64,000 nucleotides of DNA from IMG/VR virus record IMGVR_UViG_3300046703_000335, positions 146,409-210,408 of that record; one strand, 5' to 3'. A program made the position numbers and the translations under genes. Under the pieces are notes generated by a model. That model worked only from the letters and a program-made list of their open reading frames with translations. It searched no databases and was not told the origin of the DNA. Position 1 is the first letter of the stretch; each line of letters starts with the position of its first letter. Of the stretch, positions 10,438 through 20,112 are shown piece after piece.

Positions 10438-10452
10438 ATTAAGAGATTATTA
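10438..10452 (-). promoter_or_regulatory. Putative late promoter motif, perfect copy
   Basis: ATTAAGAGATTATTA (coding strand TAATAATCTCTTAAT). Confidence 0.7.
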
Positions 10453-10507
10453 TAACAAAAGATTTCTTATAGAATAAAATTCTTAAAAGGAACTAAAAAT
10501 AAAAAGT

Positions 10508-11887
10508 TCAAAAAACAATATTCTCAAATGTTACTGTTCTCCCCTGTAAAGTATATTGACCTGGTATCCCTGGCTTGTTAGGGATAGTAGGACTTGCATC
10601 TGTAGGTCTATCTGTACGATAAGCATTCCACGCTGCGGGGACAATCAATCCTCCATTTATAGGTACCTGATACCTGATATCTCTCCGATCAAGGGGCGCT
10701 AACATAAAATGCTGCTGATATATAGCTCCACGAGATCCTTGTGGATTCACATGAGCTATGGACATCCTATCATTATTCTGTCTTACGATAAAATCACGAT
10801 CATTAAGAAGAGGATAAGGACCAGTCCAGGTTTGCCAATCGTAAGATATATGTAAACCCATATCCATAAGTTGGACAGTCTTTTCTGTTTCTGGGGGAGC
10901 TATAATTATATCATAAGGCCCTTCATACCCCCCAATATAACCTGTACCTAGGCATAAGGTATGATCACTTTGAGGAGTACGATATTGCTCATTCCAACAA
11001 GGGCAACGCTCTCCAGCCCATTTCCTAATGAATAACTTTACACGTTCTCCAGCCTGCTCTAATATCCATCTGTTTCGTCGAATACTTTCAGCCCAAATCC
11101 AATCAATCTTTTCCATATCATAAAGATTAATAGCGCCTACTTCAGTTAAGGGGGTCTCTTTCATTTCGTCATTAGACCCATCGATAGCAACTGTAGTACA
11201 TTTATAATAAATTTTTCTATTAGCATCCAACTGAATGTTATTATTGATATAGGTATAGGATACCCTTATCTCACCACCACTACTAAGAATGGGTAATACA
11301 GGAGGATCTAATCTATTAAACTGATTATTGTATGTTTGTTTATTTATTAAAAAGATTTCACCGGTTTCGCCTCTTACCTTAAATGCAGGAACTGTTTGAA
11401 ATGCATCCAAGGAAGTGGGCCTAATCTCAACCTTAACATGCTTAGGATGATTCGCCAATTCTCCATTTGTTCCGACAATTACTAATGGTTTATTATAGGT
11501 ATGAACAATCCAATCACCATTTGCATTAGTACCTGCTATAAGTCTTCCACCAGCTACAGGATCTTCCTGATTAGCCCAAACTTCCCGGGTTTCATCCCTA
11601 TAATACAAAGCCCCTATAGGTACATCATTTAACTTAATATAGGGTCCTTCAGGAGTATCATATGATCGATAGACATTTATACCAAGAACATTATACCCAT
11701 TATGCTCAGAATATTCTGCAGTAGAATCCCATCGGATGTCTATCGCTCCTATAAGATAAGGGCTGGTAGCATGTACATTCTTAGGTCCGAGAGGTATAGA
11801 AAGAGGCTTATCCGTATTCCATCGATAAGGAAGTTTAAAATCTGGTCTTCCATAATTATCCATAAAATTATGAGGAGATGTTGTCAT
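10508..11887 (-). CDS. Probable neck/head-closure protein with Fn3-like N-terminal region
   Basis: IRWD..GINVYRS (Fn3-like); GERVKLFIRKWAGERCPCW..CLGTGYIGGY; WTGPYPLLNDRDFIV; head-tail region context. Confidence 0.55.
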   Translation of the reverse strand: MTTSPHNFMDNYGRPDFKLPYRWNTDKPLSIPLGPKNVHATSPYLIGAIDIRWDSTAEYSEHNGYNVLGINVYRSYDTPEGPYIKLNDVPIGALYYRDETREVWANQEDPVAGGRLIAGTNANGDWIVHTYNKPLVIVGTNGELANHPKHVKVEIRPTSLDAFQTVPAFKVRGETGEIFLINKQTYNNQFNRLDPPVLPILSSGGEIRVSYTYINNNIQLDANRKIYYKCTTVAIDGSNDEMKETPLTEVGAINLYDMEKIDWIWAESIRRNRWILEQAGERVKLFIRKWAGERCPCWNEQYRTPQSDHTLCLGTGYIGGYEGPYDIIIAPPETEKTVQLMDMGLHISYDWQTWTGPYPLLNDRDFIVRQNNDRMSIAHVNPQGSRGAIYQQHFMLAPLDRRDIRYQVPINGGLIVPAAWNAYRTDRPTDASPTIPNKPGIPGQYTLQGRTVTFENIVF

Positions 11888-11898
11888 ACAATATATCC

Positions 11899-14316
11899 TT
11901 ATCCCTGTATTCCAGTAGAACCCATTATCGCAAAAAGTTTTTTCAGAGTCACAGTACTACTTATACCCGTAGCCCCTATAATAGCACTTGAAAAAGCACT
12001 TAAATTCGAAATAGTATCATCACCAGATCCTGAGTTAGTAAATCTCAGTACCCAATTTGTAAATGATCCTGAAACAAAATTATTAGTATAAGAACCATGA
12101 ACATATTTACCATCAATAGATATTACAAATTTATTACCATTAAATATAAATCGGACTTTAAGATCTGAAAATATCTCATCAGGTGTATGCGGATCAGATA
12201 TACTATAATTTATCTCATATGTATTTATGCCTGTCACATACCCATAAGTTATAACTGATAAAGATCTGTTTATCTTTATGTATGCACTATTATCATTATT
12301 ATTTATTTTTACCATTAAGTTATCTGATTTCACAGTAACAAATAGTTTTATATCTACATCTGTATTAAAACTAAATCCCCCCATTATATTCGAAGGGGAT
12401 GTCAATGTTAGATTATTCATATCATAACTATAAGTTCCTACCCCTGTCCAAGACCCATCTCTAGCATTACTATAAAAAATACCACTCAGACCGATTTCAT
12501 TAAATCTTTCTATACCTATAAGATTTATGCCTGTTACACCATGAAAAGAAGGGTAGTAACCTGGCTCCACAAGGATATATGGACTGCCATTCTGGAGTGC
12601 TCTATCAATAGTTCGGTAGGGGGATTCAAAAGTCCCAGTCCATAAATCATTACCATCCGGAGATGCATATATTAACCCTGTCTCAAAAGAAGGATGTGAT
12701 GGATATATAATGACCACATCATTTCTTGTCCTATTACCTATAATCAAATTGCTATCACTCAGAGTCATTTCTTTACTTCTAAACCTACTATAACTTGATC
12801 CAGTAGTATAAAAAGTATAAAGACCTGTTTCTCCATTTTGTGATGGGACAACATTTGTAGCTATATGTAAATCATTGACACCTGATCTCTGATACCCTCT
12901 ATCTGGAGTAGCATAAGGACCCGTTTCAGTACCCGGATAATCCTTATCGTACCCATATTCAGCGACATAATTTCCCAAAGCTGTTTCATTATAATTAAAC
13001 TCAAAAGCCCCTATATCTCCTGTAACACCCTGTATCCCTGTGGCACCTCTATGGAATAAGTCAAAATCTATATCACGATCAAATGGAGATACATTATCTC
13101 TGATACCTGTATAAGATGCAGTATAGTACCATCCCCCATCAATATTAACTTTCTTTACCCCTATCTCTCCATAGATATTATTCCACCTATCAAAATCTCC
13201 TCTATCGATATTTGGGGAAGAAAGCTGCAGTCTAAAATCCTCATTAAAAGGATCTCTATACATAGCAGTCTCACCGATATTATTCATACCAGTACTCCCA
13301 GTAGGAACAGATCCCCCCCACCATACGAGCACATCATCGAAATTATTATTTAAAATCTTTACAGGAGTATTGAAATAAACTCCAGTAGATATCGGAGTAC
13401 CTGCACTCGATATGCTATTAGAATCTACTCTACTATTCTCATCCCCGATATTACTAAGACTTATAGCCATACCAGGATCAATATCCCCTGCTTCTGAATA
13501 CATTACCCTAACTATATCACCTATAGCAAGTTCTTGTGATAGTTGAAGACCACTCCATGAAACTATAGATCCTAAAGATATAACTGTAAAATCCGTACCA
13601 TAATTAAATGATGGTCCATTTACGATATTTACAGCAACGTCATATTCTCCATTATTTGTCGGTGAAGCAAAACCTGGGAGTTGTATTCTATTATGGCTGA
13701 TATCAAAAGCATTAATAGTCTTATATATTACTCTAAGATTGGTATCAGGAAACAAAATCGGGGGTAAATCTAAAGCCCCATAAATAGTATTTCCCCACAG
13801 ATCTAATCTATCAACAGTAACTATGTCTATAGATTTTCGACCATTAGAAAAAACATTAGAATTTACACAGATTTCTTTTGCAGAATTAATTTTTATAGCT
13901 GATTGATGCTCATAGAAATAATTTCTATTAATTGAAATGTAATTTACGGAGTCTATATTTATTGCAATATCTACACTATTAAATCTACACCCACGAACTA
14001 TTGTTGAACCGACACTTAGATTATTTGCAGTTATTCCTGTGGAAATATTTTTAAATGTTAATCCTTCAATAAGACCCTGCATGTTTAATAGAGTTAAACT
14101 TCCCACTACTGGTGTAGCACCATATGCAGATTTAATTGTCAAATTTTTAGTAACAGTAAGATTTCCATAAGATACCCCATTACCGCTCTGAAGGACAATA
14201 ACACCACCCTCATATACTTGTGTCAAAGCATAAGGAAGTGTCTTCACCGGAGAAAGAAGTTCTCCGGTGTTTGTATCCAAGCCATATAAAGAATCAACGT
14301 ATACGGTATAAAGCAT
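11899..14316 (-). CDS. Right-handed beta-helix (pectin-lyase-like) virion protein
   Basis: Three YV/YA...G.D...G....P..T...A motifs (DUF1565-like), Asn/Ile ladder repeats, DFRLQLSSPNIDRG..DIGAFEF. Confidence 0.65.
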   Translation of the reverse strand: MLYTVYVDSLYGLDTNTGELLSPVKTLPYALTQVYEGGVIVLQSGNGVSYGNLTVTKNLTIKSAYGATPVVGSLTLLNMQGLIEGLTFKNISTGITANNLSVGSTIVRGCRFNSVDIAINIDSVNYISINRNYFYEHQSAIKINSAKEICVNSNVFSNGRKSIDIVTVDRLDLWGNTIYGALDLPPILFPDTNLRVIYKTINAFDISHNRIQLPGFASPTNNGEYDVAVNIVNGPSFNYGTDFTVISLGSIVSWSGLQLSQELAIGDIVRVMYSEAGDIDPGMAISLSNIGDENSRVDSNSISSAGTPISTGVYFNTPVKILNNNFDDVLVWWGGSVPTGSTGMNNIGETAMYRDPFNEDFRLQLSSPNIDRGDFDRWNNIYGEIGVKKVNIDGGWYYTASYTGIRDNVSPFDRDIDFDLFHRGATGIQGVTGDIGAFEFNYNETALGNYVAEYGYDKDYPGTETGPYATPDRGYQRSGVNDLHIATNVVPSQNGETGLYTFYTTGSSYSRFRSKEMTLSDSNLIIGNRTRNDVVIIYPSHPSFETGLIYASPDGNDLWTGTFESPYRTIDRALQNGSPYILVEPGYYPSFHGVTGINLIGIERFNEIGLSGIFYSNARDGSWTGVGTYSYDMNNLTLTSPSNIMGGFSFNTDVDIKLFVTVKSDNLMVKINNNDNSAYIKINRSLSVITYGYVTGINTYEINYSISDPHTPDEIFSDLKVRFIFNGNKFVISIDGKYVHGSYTNNFVSGSFTNWVLRFTNSGSGDDTISNLSAFSSAIIGATGISSTVTLKKLFAIMGSTGIQG

Positions 14317-14334
14317 AACTATTCATTTCTATTA

Positions 14335-14667
14335 TTAATTTGTGTATAGCCAGCTTGGTTTGGAAGATATGCTAAAAGTACCCCCGCCACCACCTCTCAC
14401 AGTTGTAACCGGTTTACTCTCTGCTGAGCCATCCGCAAGATTCACTCCTGAACTGTTATCTACTCTGTCTCCAAGAGGATTACCAAACTTTGTGTCAGGA
14501 GACACACCACCACCAGTAGAATTACTTATAGGAATGTTTTGAAACAATTCCGGAGGTATGACACCACCACTTAGTACTTCTCCATCATTAGAGGAATAGG
14601 AAGCAAAATTCCCATTAATAATTACAATATTCTTATCTGTATAATTCTGCACTATTACTTTGTTCAT
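14335..14667 (-). CDS. Hypothetical Gly/Ser-rich protein
   Basis: 110-aa ORF with GGGG-type RBS in the minus-strand operon. Confidence 0.5.
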   Translation of the reverse strand: MNKVIVQNYTDKNIVIINGNFASYSSNDGEVLSGGVIPPELFQNIPISNSTGGGVSPDTKFGNPLGDRVDNSSGVNLADGSAESKPVTTVRGGGGGTFSISSKPSWLYTN

Positions 14668-14718
14668 ACTAATACCCCTTTATGTGTTTATACAACTACC
14701 TGTATTAATCAACTTAAT

Positions 14719-15243
14719 TTAAAAATTTGGTATAACTAAACTTGGATCATTCATATCTCTCTGTATCTGCCAATAGGTAGGATCTAAACCAGTTATTATA
14801 TTTGATAATTTTTTTAGCTCTTCTAAATTTTCTTTAAAAGCTACAGACATAATTACCGTCTCACATCTACCCTTAACTGCATTAAATAGCTTAATGGCGC
14901 TATCGTAAACTCCCTCACCACGATATGCATCATGATATTCTTTAGTACCATCAAAGCTAATTCCTATCCTATCAACATGGTCAGCTATCTCTGGTCTATA
15001 AAAAGTTCCATTAGTAGTAACTCCTACTTTAAACCCTTTACTTTTTAGTATATCACAAATATCCGCTAAATTTGATATAGTAAAAGGTTCACCACCAGTA
15101 ATGTACACCCATTCTATTTCACCAGCTTTTGATAATATTGTTTCCAAACTTTTATCAATATCTATTATTGCGGTACTCTTTGCACAACATCCGGCGCATG
15201 ATAAATTACAAGCATACGTAATTGGGAAAAGTATATGATTCAT
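14719..15243 (-). CDS. Minimal radical SAM protein
   Basis: CNLSCAGC (CxxxCxxC), ITGGEPF, VTTNGT, ISFDG..HDAYRG; 174 aa, no SPASM domain. Confidence 0.85.
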   Translation of the reverse strand: MNHILFPITYACNLSCAGCCAKSTAIIDIDKSLETILSKAGEIEWVYITGGEPFTISNLADICDILKSKGFKVGVTTNGTFYRPEIADHVDRIGISFDGTKEYHDAYRGEGVYDSAIKLFNAVKGRCETVIMSVAFKENLEELKKLSNIITGLDPTYWQIQRDMNDPSLVIPNF

Positions 15244-15816
15244 TTATACAGTCTCTATTGGTTGTTCGATCATTTTAAGCTCGTTAATCCATTTTTGATG
15301 TAAGACCAATCCTGTAGAATATCGCCATTTATACATCGTAACAGCTTGCCAGTCTCGATAAAGATATGGAACCCATACATTACCCCCACCAAGTCGATGA
15401 TGTCTTGACCAGGCTACCGAATAAGGTAACCCTACATCATCAATACCATCCTCAGAAGGGCACTCTATACCATCAATGTAATATCGCATCTCACCATCAC
15501 CAAGACATACATAGGTAAGTAAATGCCATTTCTTATCATCTAATGATATACCTGTATACTGTTCAATAGGTTTAGATTCAGAATTAGAAAATTGTAATTT
15601 ATAATCGTAGTCACCAGATCTTTTTATTTCCATTAGTATTGCCTGATCTGACAGTACTAAACCTCCCGAATCTGATACAGTCAACAAATACACAGGGTAT
15701 TCATCCGGGATCTGTATATCATAAATCCACCCCATACAAGTAAACTTATTAGCCTTCTTAATACTGGTGGGTTCTACAGTTACATATTTACTTTTTATGA
15801 GTGAGACTTCTGGCAT
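15244..15816 (-). CDS. LamG/concanavalin-A-like domain protein
   Basis: FTCMGWIY...DDKKWHLLTYV...MRYYIDG. Confidence 0.6.
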   Translation of the reverse strand: MPEVSLIKSKYVTVEPTSIKKANKFTCMGWIYDIQIPDEYPVYLLTVSDSGGLVLSDQAILMEIKRSGDYDYKLQFSNSESKPIEQYTGISLDDKKWHLLTYVCLGDGEMRYYIDGIECPSEDGIDDVGLPYSVAWSRHHRLGGGNVWVPYLYRDWQAVTMYKWRYSTGLVLHQKWINELKMIEQPIETV

Positions 15817-15842
15817 ACTAATCCTTGAATTTATATATCGAT

Positions 15843-16145
15843 TTAATAGTTATATACTGCTCTCAGGTATAAGATACCTGTTACACCATGAGAAGTGTTA
15901 TTCATTACATCTTTTATATCCGAATTAGCAAGATTCAAAGCCAACATAGCTGTAGTACCCGGAACATTACTAAATGTAACTCCAAAATCGATACCATACC
16001 GCTGGGCAGGTCCATCAGTAGGATCTACAGCAATATCATAGGCACCATTGGGTCCAGTTGTCGGTGCTGCCCTTAACAGTATTAAGTCATTAGATAGAGG
16101 ACTTACCATACCTGTCAAACCAAAATATTCAACTTCTATAGCCAT
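15843..16145 (-). CDS. Small virion protein with G-x-T-G motifs
   Basis: 100 aa; GPAQRYGIDFGV resembles GPSFNYGTDFTV in the beta-helix protein. Confidence 0.55.
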   Translation of the reverse strand: MAIEVEYFGLTGMVSPLSNDLILLRAAPTTGPNGAYDIAVDPTDGPAQRYGIDFGVTFSNVPGTTAMLALNLANSDIKDVMNNTSHGVTGILYLRAVYNY

Positions 16146-16201
16146 GTGTATTTCACTTTATATGAACTTGTTTATGGAACGCCATTTATTAATATTGCTT
16201 C

Positions 16202-16216
16202 ATAAACAGATTATTA
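16202..16216 (-). promoter_or_regulatory. Putative late promoter motif copy
   Basis: ATAAACAGATTATTA, 57 nt upstream of ATG 16145. Confidence 0.5.
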
Positions 16217-16225
16217 GAAAAAGTC

Positions 16226-16254
16226 TTGAAATACCCGATAATAAGTAGTATTAT
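16226..16254 (+). promoter_or_regulatory. Sigma70-type promoter for the nuclease-Mom fusion
   Basis: TTGAAA-N17-TATTAT, followed by GGAGG RBS and ATG 16287. Confidence 0.6.
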
Positions 16255-16286
16255 TAATATTAAGACAACCATGCTATGGAGGATAT

Positions 16287-18422
16287 ATGACAGCAGCACA
16301 AAAAGGTATTACTTTGCTTTTATGGTCTGAACAAGAAGATACACTACTCAAGGAGCTATATTTAAAAACACCTAAAGATATAATATTAACTAAGTTAAAC
16401 AGAACTTGGAAATCTATAAGATATAGGGCTAGTAGACTAAAGTTTAAACGAGACCCATCCATTATAAAACAGGATAATATAGAAGGTACTAAAAAAGCTA
16501 TGCTTGAAAAATATGGTGTAGAATACTCTACCCTTCTACCGGCTATGAAAGAAAAAAGTAGACAAACCAATTTGAAAAAAAGGGGAGTAGAGTATCCTTC
16601 ACAATCCAAAGAAGTTCGTGACAAGATAAAATTAGTAGTAAATGAGAGATATGGTGTAGATAATGTATTTCAGGCACAGAAAATAAAAGAAAAATCTGAA
16701 CAAACTATTTTAAAAAGATATGGAGTAAGATATATAAACCAAAGTCCAACTATTCGAGAGAAAACAAAAGAAACAAATCTTGAAAGATATGGAATATCAA
16801 ATACTTTTCAATTAACAGATAGGGTCGAAAAAGGAATGATTGAAAAGTATGGACAAAGAGTCCCACTTAATGTCCCTGAAATTGCTGAAAAAAAGAAAAA
16901 AACGAGTTTAGAAAAATATGGTGTTGAAGTAGCTTCAAAAAATGAAGCTGTAAAAAGAAAATTATCAGAAACTTTAAAAACTGCTGTCGTTAGAGAAAAA
17001 AAATATCAAGCATTAAAGAAAAAAGGCTCTTTTAATTATTCTAATGAAGAGCTTGCATTCGCTAATTATTTATTAATAGCTGATCCAGACCTTAAAACTC
17101 ATCAGCTTCATCCTATAACAAAACATGTGATAGATTACTATATGCCCAGATATGACTTATGGGTACAATATGACGGAACTTATTGGCACGGTAAGGGAGA
17201 AGCAGTGCATACTGGACCTCAAGCCATATCCATAGAGAAGATAAAAGCAAAAGATATCTATCAGAACGAAAATATTCCAAATTTAATAAGATTCTGGTCA
17301 GATGATGTTAATGAAGCTATAAAAAAAGGCAGCATATTTACTCTTATTGAAATAAAAATAAAAGAAAAGATAAATACTACTGAGGATATATTTGTGTGCC
17401 ACCAGTATCGAAAAAAAATAGAACATTATACTGAAGACCGAGACAATTTACCATTTAACCCAGATAATATCAAAGCATCAAATTTTACGCTTATAAAGGA
17501 GGAACTATCAACAGAGATCGTAGAGTTTATAAAAAAATATGAATGGTTAGAAACTGTTGGAGTTAATCCTAAATGGTGTTTCACAGCTCGATACAATGAT
17601 AAACTTGGAGGAGTAGTCCTAATAAATGAACCTACTGCTTATTCAAAAATGCTGGGTAAAGATACCCCCATCTATGAAGCCCTTATACAAAGAGGTGCTA
17701 CAGCTTCCTGGACCCCTAAAAACCTCGGAAGCAGACTTGTTATGTTCTCTTGTAAGTGGATGGTAGCTAATACCCCAAAACGAATCTTTGTAGGTTATGC
17801 TGATCCTTCTGCTAAAGAACGCGGCATTATCTATCAAGCATGTAATTTTGATTATTTAGGGGATAATTTTGGGAATAGCTACCTATACAAGCACCCTGAA
17901 ATAAATCGAACATTTACATCCCAATATCTAAAAAGAACATCAACATTTAGACGCTGGTGTCTTCTTAATAAAATTGAACTGAGAAAAGAATGGTTTAAAG
18001 AAAATGGGTTTAAGAATTTGGAGATTATACCTCATGAAATTAAAAATATGTGGTATCTCTGGATAAAAGATATAATAAGCAGTGCAGAAAGAATAACTAT
18101 AAGTAAAAAGATGAAATATGCTATTCTACTCTATAGAGATAAAAAAGACAGAAAAATACTTGAACCTTTAAAAAAATATGACAAATTTCCATACAATAAA
18201 ATTTATAACACAACAAACCAGCTAACTCTCCGACCACGCGGAAAAAACAATCATGGCTTAACAGCAGATAGAAAAAATCCAGAAAAAATTGAATTTATAT
18301 TAAAAAATCATAGCACTATGTCCAGGTCAGTTATGGCCCTAGAGTTGAATGAAACTCAACGATGGGTAAAAAGACAAGTAAATAAATTAGTATCTGAGAA
18401 TAAGATTAAGCCAAAGAGATAA
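16287..18422 (+). CDS. Fusion: KYGV-repeat DNA-binding region + PD-(D/E)XK (Vsr/DUF559-like) endonuclease + Mom-like GNAT DNA-modification domain + C-terminal HTH
   Basis: Repeats (E/K)(K/R)YGV...; IDYYMPRYDLWVQYDGTYWHG; FIKKYEWL..RGATASWTPKNLGSRLV..GYADPSAKERGIIYQACNFDYLG; opposite strand to neighbours. Confidence 0.7.
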   Translation: MTAAQKGITLLLWSEQEDTLLKELYLKTPKDIILTKLNRTWKSIRYRASRLKFKRDPSIIKQDNIEGTKKAMLEKYGVEYSTLLPAMKEKSRQTNLKKRGVEYPSQSKEVRDKIKLVVNERYGVDNVFQAQKIKEKSEQTILKRYGVRYINQSPTIREKTKETNLERYGISNTFQLTDRVEKGMIEKYGQRVPLNVPEIAEKKKKTSLEKYGVEVASKNEAVKRKLSETLKTAVVREKKYQALKKKGSFNYSNEELAFANYLLIADPDLKTHQLHPITKHVIDYYMPRYDLWVQYDGTYWHGKGEAVHTGPQAISIEKIKAKDIYQNENIPNLIRFWSDDVNEAIKKGSIFTLIEIKIKEKINTTEDIFVCHQYRKKIEHYTEDRDNLPFNPDNIKASNFTLIKEELSTEIVEFIKKYEWLETVGVNPKWCFTARYNDKLGGVVLINEPTAYSKMLGKDTPIYEALIQRGATASWTPKNLGSRLVMFSCKWMVANTPKRIFVGYADPSAKERGIIYQACNFDYLGDNFGNSYLYKHPEINRTFTSQYLKRTSTFRRWCLLNKIELRKEWFKENGFKNLEIIPHEIKNMWYLWIKDIISSAERITISKKMKYAILLYRDKKDRKILEPLKKYDKFPYNKIYNTTNQLTLRPRGKNNHGLTADRKNPEKIEFILKNHSTMSRSVMALELNETQRWVKRQVNKLVSENKIKPKR

Positions 18423-18474
18423 GTACTTATCAAAAAGCATGTTAAGGATTATTTTTATATAATCCTCTTGGTCC

Positions 18475-19389
18475 TTAACTCCAACCCCCCCTTGCACCGG
18501 ACACGAAGTTTCTACGGCTTTGGACCCCCGGACGTGAATACGGTCCCAGGGCCGAACTGATACCTATACCGTAACGAGGCTGTTTTAGTCCTATAGCAAT
18601 CTTTATAGATCTCTTAGCTTGGTCAAGAAGCTTATCGTATTCACCTTCAAAAGAATCTCTCATTGATTGATACTTAGATGATTTCTCTATATTAAGAGAT
18701 ACACCACTGATGCTATAATCATATTCGTCAACTATCCAATTCAAAGCAAGAGCCCCGCAAGCCAGTGATGCGGACTTAAGAAGAATAACAGCTCTCCATC
18801 TATCTGGAGTTTGAAATAATGTTATACCTGTCACCGGAGGAGCCGTATTGAAATAATCAACAGCCATAAGTAGATACTCATAGAGTTCATAATCTTCCCA
18901 CACGTAACCAAATACCTGAGCTTGTGCTTGTATGAACTTTTCACTCGCCGGGGGACGAAATCTATAATTACGATCGGGATTATTATCCCTTAGCATAATT
19001 CTTAACCTTCTTACGAGCAACTGCTCAGAATCAACACTATTAATATCTGTCTTTACATCTTTAGCAACAACATTAAATTCCTGAACAACTTGAATTGTAG
19101 GAGATCCTGAAGTTTCCCTAAAATTCCATCGTACTAGCCAGTCTCCGATATTTGCATCTAAGGGTATGGTAATATTCACATAATATTGACCTACCCCCAT
19201 GGTAGCGGGGATTTGATCTGGAGGCCCAATAAGAACTTCAACACCTGTAGTATAATCAAATATAGAAAATCTAATATAATAGGGATCTACCAAATTTCCG
19301 ATATTATCCCGGATTAATATTTTCAAATCTTCTTGGGTAAGAGTTTGTCCCGGTTGGTATGCTACTGACATATTAAATTCCTCGATCAA
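18475..19389 (-). CDS. Probable head-tail adaptor/neck protein
   Basis: N-terminal Ig-like domain, then helical LRIMLRD...WEDYELYEYLLMAVDYFN...YDYSISGVSLNIEKSSKYQ; start may be ATG 19371. Confidence 0.55.
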   Translation of the reverse strand: MIEEFNMSVAYQPGQTLTQEDLKILIRDNIGNLVDPYYIRFSIFDYTTGVEVLIGPPDQIPATMGVGQYYVNITIPLDANIGDWLVRWNFRETSGSPTIQVVQEFNVVAKDVKTDINSVDSEQLLVRRLRIMLRDNNPDRNYRFRPPASEKFIQAQAQVFGYVWEDYELYEYLLMAVDYFNTAPPVTGITLFQTPDRWRAVILLKSASLACGALALNWIVDEYDYSISGVSLNIEKSSKYQSMRDSFEGEYDKLLDQAKRSIKIAIGLKQPRYGIGISSALGPYSRPGVQSRRNFVSGARGGWS

Positions 19390-19579
19390 TATTATTTAGA
19401 TACTTGTCAAGAACTTTCCTTACAGAGTCTTCTTTAAGGAATGAAAACTTATGGAACTGTTCCTGAATATATGGAGTAATCTTACCTGACTCATCTTTGA
19501 GAAACTCCCCATTTTCAGATCTTATATAGGATGATATTCGAATCATGTCCCTGAAGACAGGATTTTTTTTACGTTGCAT
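19373..19579 (-). CDS. Small hypothetical protein, possibly RHH-like
   Basis: 68 aa with GGGAG RBS; MIRISSYI...VRKVLDKYL. Confidence 0.45.
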   Translation of the reverse strand: MQRKKNPVFRDMIRISSYIRSENGEFLKDESGKITPYIQEQFHKFSFLKEDSVRKVLDKYLNNIDRGI

Positions 19580-19617
19580 AAGATTGTCTCCCTATAATAT
19601 TACTGTAAGGATTTTAT

Positions 19618-19632
19618 ATTATTAGATTATTA
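19618..19632 (-). promoter_or_regulatory. Putative late promoter motif copy
   Basis: ATTATTAGATTATTA, 39 nt upstream of ATG 19579. Confidence 0.5.
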
Positions 19633-19643
19633 GCTCTAAAATT

Positions 19644-20048
19644 TTAGTACAATATCATGAAAGCATTAATATCGAAGTGATTTTCCATAGCTGACATTTG
19701 CTGATGAATACCATCCGAAGTTACTGAAAATTCCACAGTGGTCAATTGTGTAGCAGAGGTCTCCAAAGCCCTATAATACCAGCGTATCTCATAAGTCCCA
19801 ATCTTCCATGTATCCTCAATAATAAAATTGGGTTTTATCTTTCCAGTATCTAAAATATCAGGTAACCGATTACGAATACCAATTGGCATAAATTGATTTG
19901 TAAGAAGATGAACAAACCCAATATCATATCTTATCCAATATGGAGTATATGGAAAAGTCTGGTATGGGTAGGCATTATAATACCGCGCATACAAATTAAG
20001 GATAAGATCTGTTTGTCCTATCCGATGTCCTTGTATAAAACTTTCCAT
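19644..20048 (-). CDS. Ig-like protein resembling the N-terminal domain of the adaptor gene
   Basis: PYWIRYDI..IG.YEIRWYYR parallels PYYIRFSI..IGDWLVRWNFR of 18475..19389. Confidence 0.5.
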   Translation of the reverse strand: MESFIQGHRIGQTDLILNLYARYYNAYPYQTFPYTPYWIRYDIGFVHLLTNQFMPIGIRNRLPDILDTGKIKPNFIIEDTWKIGTYEIRWYYRALETSATQLTTVEFSVTSDGIHQQMSAMENHFDINAFMILY

Positions 20049-20112
20049 AAGGAGTCTCCAGACAAAGGAACCGATATATGCAAGATCAGTTCTTTAACGG
20101 AAGGGCACAATC

